Assembly (NCBI RefSeq): GCF_030028105.1
Contig: NC_092393.1
Coordinates: 59,275,121 to 59,339,120, forward strand
Length of the DNA stretch: 64,000 nt
DNA from: Mobula birostris
Lineage: Eukaryota
Direction of reading: 5' to 3'
Position 1 is the first letter of the stretch. The number at the start of each line of letters is the position of its first letter. The position numbers and the translations under genes are program-made. Shown here piece after piece: positions 27,701 through 40,196 of this stretch. The notes below the pieces were generated by a model that worked only from the letters and a program-made list of their open reading frames with translations, did not search any database and was not told where the DNA came from.

Positions 27701-30700
27701 AAGTGTTTGCAGGTATACAGAGGTAGGTTCTTGTGTTCTTCTTTGACTTTTTATTTTGGAATAAAAGGACTAAAATCTACACTTTTTCACATTTTTTAAC
27801 ATCTCCAGTATTTTCGCAGGGATTTCTGTAGATTAATATTATATCTGATGATAATACCTTATCACAAAAAACTCAGTTTAACAAACAGAATATAAATTAA
27901 GTGTATTGACTTTTTAACCAGAAGCAAAGGGGCCCTTGTTTACACAAGTAGAAAATTCAAAAGAAATGTGAATTAATTGATGGTTCTAGCTATGGTTTAC
28001 AGCTGACTATGGTCAGTAGTACTGACTGAGCTTTGGCCAGTGAACCAGTAACAGCCAGCATTTGAAATAAAACTGCAGAACCTAGCATATCATCTAGTGG
28101 ACCCTGTAAAACACACTGGGTTCTCTGCCTTACATCTGTCCTGAAAGACTACACTTTTGTCAGTCTAAATGATGTACTGAAGTCCGAGAGTAGGACTAGG
28201 AGCAGCTGTTCTTACTGGCTAGTGAAAAGAGTTTCTAATAAATCTGCATTAAAGGCTGAGGAGATTTAATGTAAAATTCATTTTTATGATCACTTACAAC
28301 ATAAATGAGGAGATGGATGTGTTAGATGGATTTTTCTTACTTTATGTCATTTAGGATTATTTGTTATTTCAGATCAGTATTGATCTTGACTTTTTCAGTA
28401 TGGAACTCTGCATTATAGGGCAGTTTTATGAAATTAGCTGAATACTGGTCAAACCACCTTCCATATAGTATTGCATAGTCCCTAAATGTAAAGATTGGAG
28501 TGAAATGACCATCTACTAAAACTTCAAAACAGGTTGAGATAAAGGAGCTGGTGCATTGTGTACAGGATCCATGTTAAAAGACCTTTACATAGAATGTGCA
28601 CCTCTGAAAAATATCTGTTGATATAATGCTTATAATGTGCATGTATTACATGTACATGTTTGCTGTCATGTATGTATAAATAAAATATCTGTTTTTTTTT
28701 AACTGACCAGAGAGATTTAGCAAGCCAGACACTGATATATCCAACCTTATAAGAATGCTTCAGTTCATCCCTTTTCCTGTCCTGAATACTCATTGTTACT
28801 GAGGTTAGGAACCAGCTATCCAAGGGGTGCACTGAACTGTGTATATAAGAATATCTACAGGTACGTATGTGGAAGCTTTAGAAAAAGTGCAGAGGGGATT
28901 TCACAGGATATTGCCTGGACTGGAGGGCATGTCTTGTGAGGAAAGGTTGAGGGAGCTAGGGCTTTTCTCTTTGGTGTGAAGGAGGATAAGACTTATAAAA
29001 TTATAAGAGGCATAGAGTGGAAAGCCAGTGCCTTTTACCAAGGGTGGTGGTGACCAGTACCAGAGAGCATCCCTTTTAAGGTGAGTGGAAGAAAGTTTAG
29101 GGGGTATGTCAGAGGTAGGTTTTTTTTACACAGGAAATGGTGGGTACATGGAACACCCTGCCAGGATTGGTGGTAGAGGCTGATACATTAGAGACATCTA
29201 AGAGCCTCTTAAATAGACACCAGTGATAGAAAAATGGAGGGCTATGTGGGATGGAAGGGTTAGATTGGTCTTATTTACTGCCTGTTAAGCTGCTGCATTT
29301 AGGGCAGCAATGAAGGTCCTACATTTCCAGAAACTAATTTTTGTCTTGGTTTTGGTTTTGGCGCTGTTCAGGTCTTCCTTCATCTCAGTAGCTTCCTCTC
29401 AGTTTTTACTACTGCCAACCACGCAAGTCCTGGGTGGAGATTCAGTAACTCAATTGCGCACAGATGTAGAACGATTCTTCATTGCTGTTTTCCTAACTGT
29501 TTTGTTTGACCAGTCAGCATTGTTAGTCCTGATCTGAACCATCCACCTCCTCTGAACCTGGAGGACCAATGGATCACTCTTAATCTGACCTCTACCCTTT
29601 CACTTATTTGGCATGTGTGACCCTACCAAGAGCCAAAGCATAAAGCCCTGACCCCAGCTAACATAGTTCTCCAGGTCATTGAGGCGTGCAAGTCTTCAAA
29701 CCAGAAGAAGATTGTGGTCCTCTTGGAGAAGATTAATCTTAGAGTAGGTTAAAAGGTCAGCTCAACATCGTGTGCCAAAGGTCAGTACTGTGCTATAATG
29801 TTTATAATTACATACAAGTTGGGGATAGGTGAATTTACGAAGTACCAGTTAACCTCACATGATGATGCAAAAGCAGGGTCAAACCAAGGTTTCTTTGTGG
29901 GATGATTTTTTTTTGTCCCCCATTCAAACTCTATTTTTATATATTACGTAGATTTAATTTTCTTTACATTTCTAAAAAAGTTGTAAATGTGGAGTTGAAA
30001 GGGTAGTTAGAGCTTTACAATTTGTCTAAAAACTTGAGATTCTAACGAGGTGGAGAAAGTGCTAAGTTAAATGTGTGAATTAATAATGTAAGGGACGGGA
30101 GACCAGAAATATTGCCCAGGTGTGAGAATTTTCTGTGCTGAGATGGAGAGATGTTAAATCTAGATACAGTATTCAGCTTATTTTGACCTTGGAAATTAAC
30201 TCAGCACAATGTTTTCTTTTCACTAATATTGGGCTTAATTAGAAATTTGTCTAGTTCTGTTTTAGAACATTTTGAATAAATTAATCACACAAATTTGAGT
30301 TAATTTCTGTATAAAGAACTTCCTGCTTAGCTGCGTTCATCCCCCATTTTGATAATTAGGTAGACCTTGTGGTAAAAAATACCTTCTATAGTTTAGTGTG
30401 AGAAGTAATTCTCCCTTTACAGGCAAGTGAGAACCTAGAAACATTTTAACAGAAGATCTGTTTTTGCTGCTACTTCCAAACCTTTGCAATCTGCCTTGGA
30501 CTTTTATTACACATCCTTCTATCTACCTGCACAGAAACATTGGAAGCATTTTGATTGCATCTAAGCTTTTTGAAAATAAATTTTCTACATCGTATATTCC
30601 ATTTTGGCTTCAGCAGGTGTTGAGTGTTACGTTTCTCAAGGTTATTTTCAGTTTTATGCCCACACCTGTTTTTTAGTCTTTTTGGACTTTATTCTTCATC

Positions 30701-30799
30701 AGAATATTGTTTTTCCATACATCTTAGCATCACATGCATATTTTGACAGGACTTAAAGCAGAAAGTATGCCTTTATATTTATTTTGTCCCATTTTTCCC

Positions 30800-31070
30800 C
30801 CAGAAAACATCAAAGTGCTTGATAATAAGACTTACTTCTGAAGTGTAGTCACTGTTGCAAGCAAATGTATCAATCAGATTCTTGATTGCAGGGTTGTGTA
30901 AACAGTAGTGCTTTTAACCTGCCTTACTATGGGGAGAAATATTGGTTAAAACACTATCTTCTTTGAACAATGTTGTGAGATTTTTCTACCTCCATCTGAA
31001 CAAGTAATGAGGGTCATGGTTTAATCCTAATGTAGAACACACTATCTGTAGTAATATACACTTCCTGAAG
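30800..31070 (-). mobile_element. Ancient Deu-domain SINE remnant (SacSINE1/AmnSINE1-like)
   Basis: Minus strand reads ...cagatggaggtagaaaaatctcacaacattgttcaaagaag...ccaatatt...cagtgactacacttcagaagta, resembling the Deu domain and tail from recall. Confidence 0.55.
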
Positions 31071-34000
31071 TTCTAAAGTAAAATACTCACAAGTAATGGA
31101 GAAAAGTGTATAGGATTTTACCTCTGCTTCTCTTCCAAAGCTGCTGTGTGACCTGCCTGAACGTTTCCACCATTTTCTGTTTATTTTGGGTCAAATTTAT
31201 CCTGGACTAGAATACCCACAGCATCAAACGTAACAAGCCCCCTGTCTGGATCTTGTTACTCAACCTGTAATCATCATTATTTTAATCGATTTCCCATCCT
31301 TGCAGTATTTTATAATAATCCAGTTTGCAACTTCCTCCTAGATCCTTTTAGTTTTTTCTCATCACAGATTGTGGGTTGAAAGGGGAATAGACTAATGTAG
31401 TTTTTTTCGGTTTTGGGGTTTAGTGACAGTGAGTTGGAGATGCTATACTGAATCACAAAATCAACACAGGCCAGGTTGCAGAGAGGAAACTGAGTACACA
31501 GAGTGGGGGAATGGATCGTTTCAGAATGTTGCTGATGTCACCAGGCTTATAAGCTCTTAAAGTCATCTAAACTGCTTTTTCAAACTAGACTGTGGCTTGA
31601 CTTTCATGGCTTGGATTTGTATTCCCTGTGTTCTGTAGATAGACTTCAATACTTCCCCAGCAGTGAAGAAATTAATATGCTTATAATTTCCAGGGTCTAA
31701 CCTCCAACTTCAGTAGCACTAACTTTTCTTTCTGTTATAACTTTAAAATTCCCACTAAATGCTACTAAGTTAAAACTAGGTTAAAAATATGTGTAGCAGC
31801 AATTTCTGATTCCTTGCTACATGTGTAACTCCCATTTTAATAGTGTATTAGAGGTTTCCAAACCTAACAATTAAAGATTAGCTTTATTTGTTATATACAT
31901 TGAATCACACACTGTATTTCACATACAGTGAATGGGAACCACAGTAGCATAGCAGTTAGTGCAGTGCTCTTACAGCTCGCAGCATTCTGGTGTTCCAAGT
32001 TCACTTCCAGTGCCGTCTGCAAGGAGTTTGTATGAACTGCATAGGTTTCCTCCAGGTGGTTCAGTTTCCTCCCACAATCCAACAACGTGCTGTTTAGTAG
32101 GCTTAATTAGTCATTGTAAATTTTCCTGTTTTTAGGCTAGTGTTAAATGGGTAGGTTGCTGGGCAAAGCAGCCTGATGGGCTGGAAAAGCCTGTTCCATG
32201 CTGTATCACTAAATTTAAAAATAATAAAATGCTTCTTTTGTGTTGAACATGCTGGGGACAGCTCGCTAGTGTCAGCATGCCAACATACCATGCCCACAAC
32301 TCACTAACCCTAACCTGTACGTCTTTGGAATGTGGAAGAAAACCCACACGGTTACAGGGAGAATGTACAAACTTCTTACAGACAGCAGTGACCAAATTCA
32401 CATACACTATTTTACACTTCTAAATAATTTTGAAAGATTGAAATTTCATTGGCATATTTCTGTCAACAATCACTTCACCATATCTCTCGGGGACTACCTG
32501 CTTACAGCTTTGACACTAAAATTGCAGTATCTGGGCTGGTTGTGGGCAAGCATCGTATGATTATGACAGGGAATGTCTACCCAGTTTGGAATGCTGCTCA
32601 TACCACAGGACTGATTGTCATATTGCTGCTGAACGAAGGAACTGATGCCTCAAGCACCCAAGGGAAAGTTGAGGGAATTGCTTCATTAGCTCTTTCAAAG
32701 ACTATCCAACCAAAATTAGGAGTAAACCACATGAAAGTATTTTGGGGTCAAATTCAATTCCCTAGCTACACATTCAGGCATCTCCGTTCGAAGGCTGGTT
32801 GCCTTCTTATACATGGAACAGTGTATCCTTCCTTCAGGTAAGTGATTTAAACTGGGCAGAACAATAACAGTGGATATGCCATGATTAAGATGGCTATTGA
32901 AGAATAATTAATAAGTACAGGAACTCAGAGTACAACCAACACTGTCAAGAGTCCTGACCTTTTGATCAAATGCCTCCTTGTAATTTTTAAGGCATTCAGA
33001 TCATTCAAACTGATATATTCAAAACTGGAAGTAATATTTTTGGGATGGGTGGTTAAAGGGACCTGATATTTAATGTTATTTGGTAAATTTTGGAGTTAAC
33101 TTCCCCAACTGAATTGAATATAGTAATCTCCATATTGTAAAAGCATTTCAGAAAATTAATACCAATCAGTTTTCTGTTTGGGAAGTGTGAGCAAGCTTAT
33201 CCTGTAAATGTACATGAGAGAAGTTAGCTGTGTTTGTTTAGATGTGGTATAATTCTCACTATGTTGGTTGTATTGTGGGGTTTCTGTCTGTAATACCCTT
33301 TACTGTTATCAGTAGCTGGGGCTGGGGAAATCTTTTCTACTCTCAATCTGTTATGGGAGTTCAAACCCTCATGCTAATAGTGTCAAAGGGGGTCCTTTGA
33401 GTTCTGGGTATACAAGGAAACACAGGAACTATCTAATGTTTTAATCTGGAACTTGCAAACTGGAGATAAATTAATCTCATTGATTTAAAATTAAACACTT
33501 TTCACATATTCCTTCACTGCACCAGTCTGACCCATGCAAAGGCAATGTACTGATGAAGGAAAGCATTTTAAACTACTTGAATTGTAAAGTCAATGTCTCA
33601 TAGAACCATGTTGTACATTAATCAAATCCTAAATCTACAAAGTCTGCTGAGCTAGAGAAAGTAATTCATGCAGTTAGCAGACTGCACTCCTAAGCAGCCT
33701 GGCAGGTTCCCGGGTTCAGTCCCTGCCTCGTGGTGAGTTCAGCCAGGTCACAGGTAGCTCCGTGCCTTAGTGAGAGGCTAATCACACAGAGGTCCTTTCT
33801 CTAATCACCTTCATATAATGTAGAAATGCATGTTATTTGATGTCCAGTTTTATACTGTAGGTCTGTAGGTGAAAAAGTTTGTTTTTGCACTAAATTTGAC
33901 ATTAATAAAGCAATTATAGGTTTTTATTTTGTTGAATTAACCTCCCCTGCTGGGGAAAAAACTTCTAATCAATCCCACTTATCACCTGAAAGTTTAAAGA

Positions 34001-34631
34001 TGAAAAATATTTAAAATTTTTATAGTCTAATTGAAAATATCTTGAAAGCTTGGCACTGGTGTTCAAAGTCATGAGTTTTTCCCCTTGTACTTAGTTGTAA
34101 CTACTTTTATTCCATGAGAATATTGGTGGTCTAATGGGATGGACCTCATCTCCAGAAAATGATATTTAACTAATTTTCCATCGTTTGAAAAGATTGTTAA
34201 AAAGCAAGGCAGAAGATAAATCTATCAATTAGTTTCAAGTCGGCAGTGAAATTTCTTTCTGTGACTTTATCAGAATTCAGGTTGTAATTTTTAGTTATCC
34301 AGGTGAATGTGAAACATCTGTCATGTTCTGTTGCATGATTTCAGTCTCATCAATGTCAGAAATGTACAGACTCTTCCAAACCCACTGCACCATGAGCAAA
34401 ATGCTGAAGAAACTCAGCAAGTCAGCCAGCATCAATGGAGGGAAATGGGCAGGTTGAGGATCTTCATCACGTCCTGTCTGTTTCTCTCCATCGATACTGC
34501 CTGTCCTCCTGAGACCCTCCAGAATTTTGTATGCTGCTCCAGATTTCCAGTATCTGCAGTCTCTTGCATCTCCAATATGCCATGACCTTACTTTTACATT
34601 CTTAATTTTATTTAATCCTAAAGCTTGATGG

Positions 34632-35256
34632 TTTGAACTACTATTATTGCACTTGCCTTTGTAAAACTTAAGATTCATTATTGCATGCACAAGTGAAGGC
34701 AAACTGTGGATAAATTTTAAATGTTCTTTTTAGATGTTCATTTTAATTTTATTTACTTGTCTGTAACAGTTCCATGCCAGTACCACAGCACTACTTATTA
34801 ACTATATCACATAATCCTGTCTGTTATCTGTTCTTCATCCCCTGCCAGCTTGTGTTATCTTGGAAAGATCTTCCTGTTTTCCTTGAGAAGATAATTATTT
34901 GATATGTCATCTGTTTTTAATGTCATTATGTTTATTTTGTAACATTTTGGTTTCTGGTTTAAATTTTCTTCACTCTCGTTAACAGGATTTCACTTTGGTG
35001 GTATTTGCCATAATTTATTTAATCACTGTAGATAACTTGCAGATATTGAATGCAGTAGATGGTCTGACATCGGTGGTTCTGTCCTTTTGAACTACTATTA
35101 TCGCACTTTGTAAAACTTCAGACTCAGTGTGTGCACAAGCAAAGGCGAACTATGGATACCTTAGTACCATTTTATAATTTTCCTTTCAGATGTTCATTTT
35201 AATTTTGTTTGCTTATCTGTCACTGTTTCTATGCCAGTATCACAGCACTTGTTAAC
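34632..35256 (+). repeat. Diverged local direct duplication (about 170 bp; 34632-34802 and 35086-35256)
   Basis: Both copies run tttgaactactatta...tttgtaaaactt...gcacaag...agatgttcattttaatttt...atgccagta.cacagcact...ttaac. Confidence 0.8.
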
Positions 35257-36884
35257 CGTGTGCCTGCACAAAGATCCTTTTTTGAAAGGCAGTTTGATAA
35301 CTTCCTTGTGATTAGGTCACTGACTTCTAATGTATTTCTATACTGTACATATGTGGAAAATGACTGCTGCTTGAAAACTCTGTCACCAAATTAACCTCCC
35401 TGGTGCTTGGCACTCATTTCCATCGTCATTTCCATCTTAGTTACTCAGTGGGAAACCCCAGTAAAACAATATTTGGAAAAGAATTCCATTGTCCCTATTT
35501 CTCATTCCCACTTTCCCACATTGGCTGCTCCTTGTACAGGCACTGCTTAGCTGATCTCAGCCTTTTGGACATCAGATTTTAAGCAACTTAGTGCTGGTAT
35601 TCAGATTTGGGTGTCCTAGTTGAGAACTCCAATACTATGTCGAGGATTGGTCATTTTTCATCTTTCTTGCAGTGTAAGTGCCCTCAAAGTGAAATGCAGG
35701 TGATACTATCTTAATACTTTGGCTGTTTAATCCGAATTGTTACTATCCTTAACTTGCAGTTTTCATGAATTCATTTATCACTGTCATGCCTACAGCAGTT
35801 CCATTTTTCCCTGGTATCTGTTGCTACTGTTCTTAATTGTCTGCTGTGCTTGAGGCCCACTGCACCAATAATCTCTGAGCCATCAGCAGAATTCTTGTTC
35901 ACCTCAAAACAGCCCTTCTAACTTGCACTGATCTTTGATCCTAACTTGAATTGACCAGACTTGAGCATGCTCAGTTAGCCAGTGCCTGCAGCCTGCTAGT
36001 CACTAACAGGCTAATCTGCTGATGCCAGCGTTGGTTTTAGTTGGTCATTTCATAAGTGTAAGAGATGATGTAACGTAGACAGCAAGAGGCTGATGCGAAT
36101 TAGTATGAAGGGGCAGTCCTGTTAAAAGAGAATGAATTTAAATTAAGTTTCAATTATAACTGAACTCTGAGGGTCTTAGAATTGGTAAAACACCTTTGGT
36201 GTGGTTTTCAGTGTTTATCTAAACTATCAGCTGAGTTTCATTCCCATCATGTTGTACTTTATCTTTCACCTAAGTTTCTCTTTCCGCCCCAGTATTTGGT
36301 GTTACAAAATCAGTTGCCCAAAACGTCAACTGTTTATTCCCCTCCATAGATGCTGCCTGATCTGCTGAGTTCTTCCAATATTTTGTGTTTGTTGCTCCAG
36401 ATTTCCAGAATCTGCCGAATCTCTTGTTGCAACTATTATTTGCACTGCCCATTAATGGTAACTTAATTCCAACACCACAGAGATTTTCAGAAGCAGGATA
36501 TTTTAAATGTTTTATCTGTTTATTACCCTGATGTGGTGTTTTAAATCCTTCAAACTTAACTTTAAGTTCCAGTGACGCTGGCCTACCACTGATTTCCCCC
36601 GCTCAGTAAGGGTAATTTTATATAGTGTGTGGCTTTCATAAACTACCTGTTTGAGCCCAGTTTTCTTGCCTGTTCTACTTTGACCATCCCAGTGATTCTT
36701 TAAAAATGTGATTAATACAAAACAACTGCCACCTTTCTTGATTTTCATAATTTAAAAAAATTAATTGGTTTGGCTGTTTAACCCTCCCAGTTTTGTCCAG
36801 TTTTAGCAGAAGCTTCACTTGGTTGGTATAGCTTCATGATTCATAAGGAGTAAACAGAAAGATGCCCTGTTACATGACAGAGTC

Positions 36885-37024
36885 AGAACGATCCACATGC
36901 ACACTAAATTACTAGACACAGAACGATCAACATGCACACTAAATTACTAGACACGGAACGATCCACGTGCACACTAAATTACTAGACACAGAACGATCCA
37001 CGTGCACACTAAATTACTAGACAC
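36885..37024. repeat. 35-bp minisatellite, 4 copies
   Basis: Unit agaacgatccac(a/g)tgcacactaaattactagacac starting at 36885, 36920, 36955 and 36990. Confidence 0.95.
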
Positions 37025-37660
37025 AGAGGAAATGGTGTTTGCCTCCTCAGCTAATGGCAATTCTTTTTAAATCTAAAGACAACTGTATTAGATCTTTTGT
37101 TCTGCAATGCTACCTAAGGGGAAAAAATATCTCCACTTAACTATTGTCCAAAGAAACCTAGGTTGCATGCACTCAATATCTTTTATGTAAGACTGACAGT
37201 GATCTTGAATGAACCTTCCAATTCCTACCCCAATTGCACCAAACCACCTCCCTGTCATCCTCAATGTACTTAAAGGTTAAAGAAGCACTTTGAGAGCTGA
37301 AACATTACAGGTAGTGATTTGCATATTCCATTCCGTTAATAAAGCTTAATCACTGATTCAGAATCAGGTTTGTTATCGCCAACAAATGTAGTGAAATGTA
37401 TTGTTTAGCAGAAGCAGTACAGTACAATACATAAAATATACTTTGAATTACAATAAAAATAAGTACGTAGTGTAAAAAGAGCAAAAATAGTGAGGTATTT
37501 ATAAAATAGTAGAGGACTGCTCCTTGAATCAAATGATTAATCAATCAATTGGGAATTCAAACTTGTGTAATGCAGAGAGGTGATCTGTGTGCTATTTTGT
37601 GCTATGTTATGAACTGTATACTTGTACGCATGTGTACGTGTGTGTGTGTGTATACACAAG

Positions 37661-37807
37661 GTTAAAAGACCGAGTAGACGAGGTGGGTGCTTTGCTGTTG
37701 GCGAATGATGAAGGCAGTCTCGTTCAGCAAGTACATGCCGTCAGCTGTGTTGAAGATTCTATCTTCATGGGTTCTTCTGGTGCCTGCAGTTTACAGCCTG
37801 AAGACAG
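37661..37807 (+). CDS. RHOT1: Candidate additional Miro1 cassette exon (49 codons)
   Basis: cacaag|G TTA...GAC AG|gtaact; 147 nt, phase 2-2, open only in the RHOT1 frame (LKDRVDEVGALLLANDEGSLVQQVHAVSCVEDSIFMGSSGACSLQPED); preceded by (TG)n; no homology recognised. Confidence 0.45.
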
Positions 37808-38581
37808 GTAACTGTATAAAGAGTAAATTCTCCTGCGCCAGACTATGGCTGTCACTTGGAAACAATAACTGATGTTTATTAGTTAACCGTTTTGTCCCCA
37901 CTCCAATAAACTGACTTTTCTCAGTCGTAAGCCCCCTTTGGGAGTTTTAAAGTACTCTCTTCTTTCATTCAGTCATTATTTTATATTTTCCCCTCCTACA
38001 TGCAAATTAGCAAATGAAAACATCCAAAGCTCTACAGGAGAGGAAAGAAGGGTCTTGGCCGAAAAACGTTAACTCTTTATTCCTCCAGCATTTTGTGTCT
38101 GTTATATGCAGGCTTTGATTTCTAATACATGAAGTAAATAAATTTACGCTGTAAGGTTGTGATTATTGAATGTGGAAGTTAAACTTTGGGAGAAAATAAT
38201 TTTGTTATTTAATGTGAAGTGACCACAAGGTATAATATGTTCACAGTCCAGAACTGCATACTAGGAGCCAGTGAAATTTAATGATGGTTGTAGTATACTT
38301 TCTCCCTGTGTGTCTGGATTGTTGAGTTTATTTTTAAAGCATTTTAATTTGTATAACTTTGTATATGATGGTGACAGGTAGTCACCCACGTCTGCCCAAG
38401 GTTGATTGGTCTGAGAAATATTTCCACTGTCTTTTCCACAGGCCTTGCAGCAGTATCTGTGATGTGTGTGTGTCTGTGCAGTTGTTATGGAAAATATACA
38501 TACAAGTTTGATTCTATAAGGATAAAGCATTTTTGTGCATAACAATCATTAAATATTCTACAATGTAAGAATAAAGTTATA

Positions 38582-40196
38582 CAGTGGCATGCAAAAGTTT
38601 GGGCACCCCGGTCAAAATTTCTGTTACTGTGAACAGCTAAGCGAGTAAAAGATGACCTGATTTCCAAAAGGCATAAAGTTAAAGATGACACATTTCTTTA
38701 ATATTTTAAGCAAGATTACTTTTTTTATTTCCATCTTTTACAGTTTCAAAATAGCAAAAAAGGAAAAGGGCCCAAAGCAAAAGTTTGGGCACCCTGCATG
38801 GTCAGTAGCACCCCCTTTGGCAAATATCACAGCTTGTAAACGCTTTCTGTAGCCAGCTAAGAGTCTTTCAATTCTTGTTTGTGGGATTTTCGCCCATTCT
38901 TCCTTGCAAAAGGCTTCTAGTTCTATCAGATTCTTGGGCCGTCTTGCATGCACTGCTCTTTTGAGGTCTGTCCACAGATTTTCGATGATGCTTAGGTCGG
39001 GGGACTGTGAGGGCCATGGCAAAACCTTCAGCTTGCATCTCTTGAGGTAGTCCATTGTGGATTTTGAGGTGCGTTTAGGATCATTATCCTGTTGTAGAAG
39101 CCATCCTCTTTTCATCTTCAGCTTTTTTACAGATGGTGTGATGTTTGCTTCCAGAATTTGCTGGTCTTTAATTGAATTCATTCTTCCTTCTACCAGTGAA
39201 ATGTTCCCCATGCTACTGGCTGCAACACAAGCCCAAAGCATGATCGATCCACCCCCGTGCTTAGCAGTTGGAGAGGGGTTCTTTTCATGAAATCCTGCAC
39301 CCTTTTTTCTCCAAACATACCTTTGCTCATTGCGGCCAAAAAGTTCTATTTTAACTTCATCAGTCCACAGGACTTCTTTCCCAAATGCATCAGGCTTGTT
39401 TAGATGTTCCTTTGCAAACTTCTGATGCTGTATTTTGTGGTGAGGACACAGGAAAGGTTTTCTTCTGATGACTCTTCCATGAAGGTCATATTTGTGCAGG
39501 TGTCACTGCACAGTAGAACAGTGCACCACCACTCCAGAGTCTACTAAATCTTCTTGAAGGTCTTTTGCAGTCAAAGGGGGGTTTTCATTTGCCTTTCTAG
39601 CAATCCTATGAGCAGTTCTCTCGGAAAGTTTTCTTGGTCTTCCAGACCTCAACTTGACCTCCACCATTCCTGTTAACTGCCATTTCTTAATTACATTATG
39701 AACTGAGGAAATGGCTGCCTGAAAACACTTTGCTATCTTCTTATAGCCTTCTCCTGCTTTGTGGGCATCATTTATTTTAATTTTCAGAGTGCTAGGCAGC
39801 TGCTTAGAGGAGCCCATGGCTGCTGATTGTTGGGACAAGGTTTGAGGAGTCAGGGTACTTATAAAGCTTTGAAATTTGCATCACCTGGCCTTTCCTAATG
39901 ATGACTGTGAACAAGCCATAGCCCTAACAAACTAATTAAGGTCTGAGACCTTGGTAAAAGTTATCTGAGAGCTCAAATCTGTTGGGATGCCCAAACTTTT
40001 GTATGGTGCTCCTTTCCTTTTTTTCACTCTAAAATTGTACAAAACAAAAATAATACACTAATCTTGCTTAAAATGTTGAAAAGAATGTTTTATCTTTAAC
40101 TTTATGACTTTTGGAGATCAGTTCATCTTTTACTCACTTAACTATTCACAGTAACAGAAATTTTGACCGGGGTGCCCAAACTTTTGCATGCCACTG
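38582..40196 (-). mobile_element. Full-length Tc1-like DNA transposon (IR/DR type), transposase inactivated
   Basis: TA|CAGTGGCATGCAAAAGTTTGGGCACCCC...GGGGTGCCCAAACTTTTGCATGCCACTG|TA; TIRs of roughly 200 bp with internal repeat AAAGTTTGGGCACCC; transposase pieces 39503-39838 (HTH, GRPRK) and 38738-39241 (QQDND...SPDLSIIENLW) separated by a stop. Confidence 0.96.

Noticed and set aside
36885-37024. Regularly spaced 35-bp repeats as a possible CRISPR array
   Set aside because: Head-to-tail units without spacers, eukaryotic context and no cas genes
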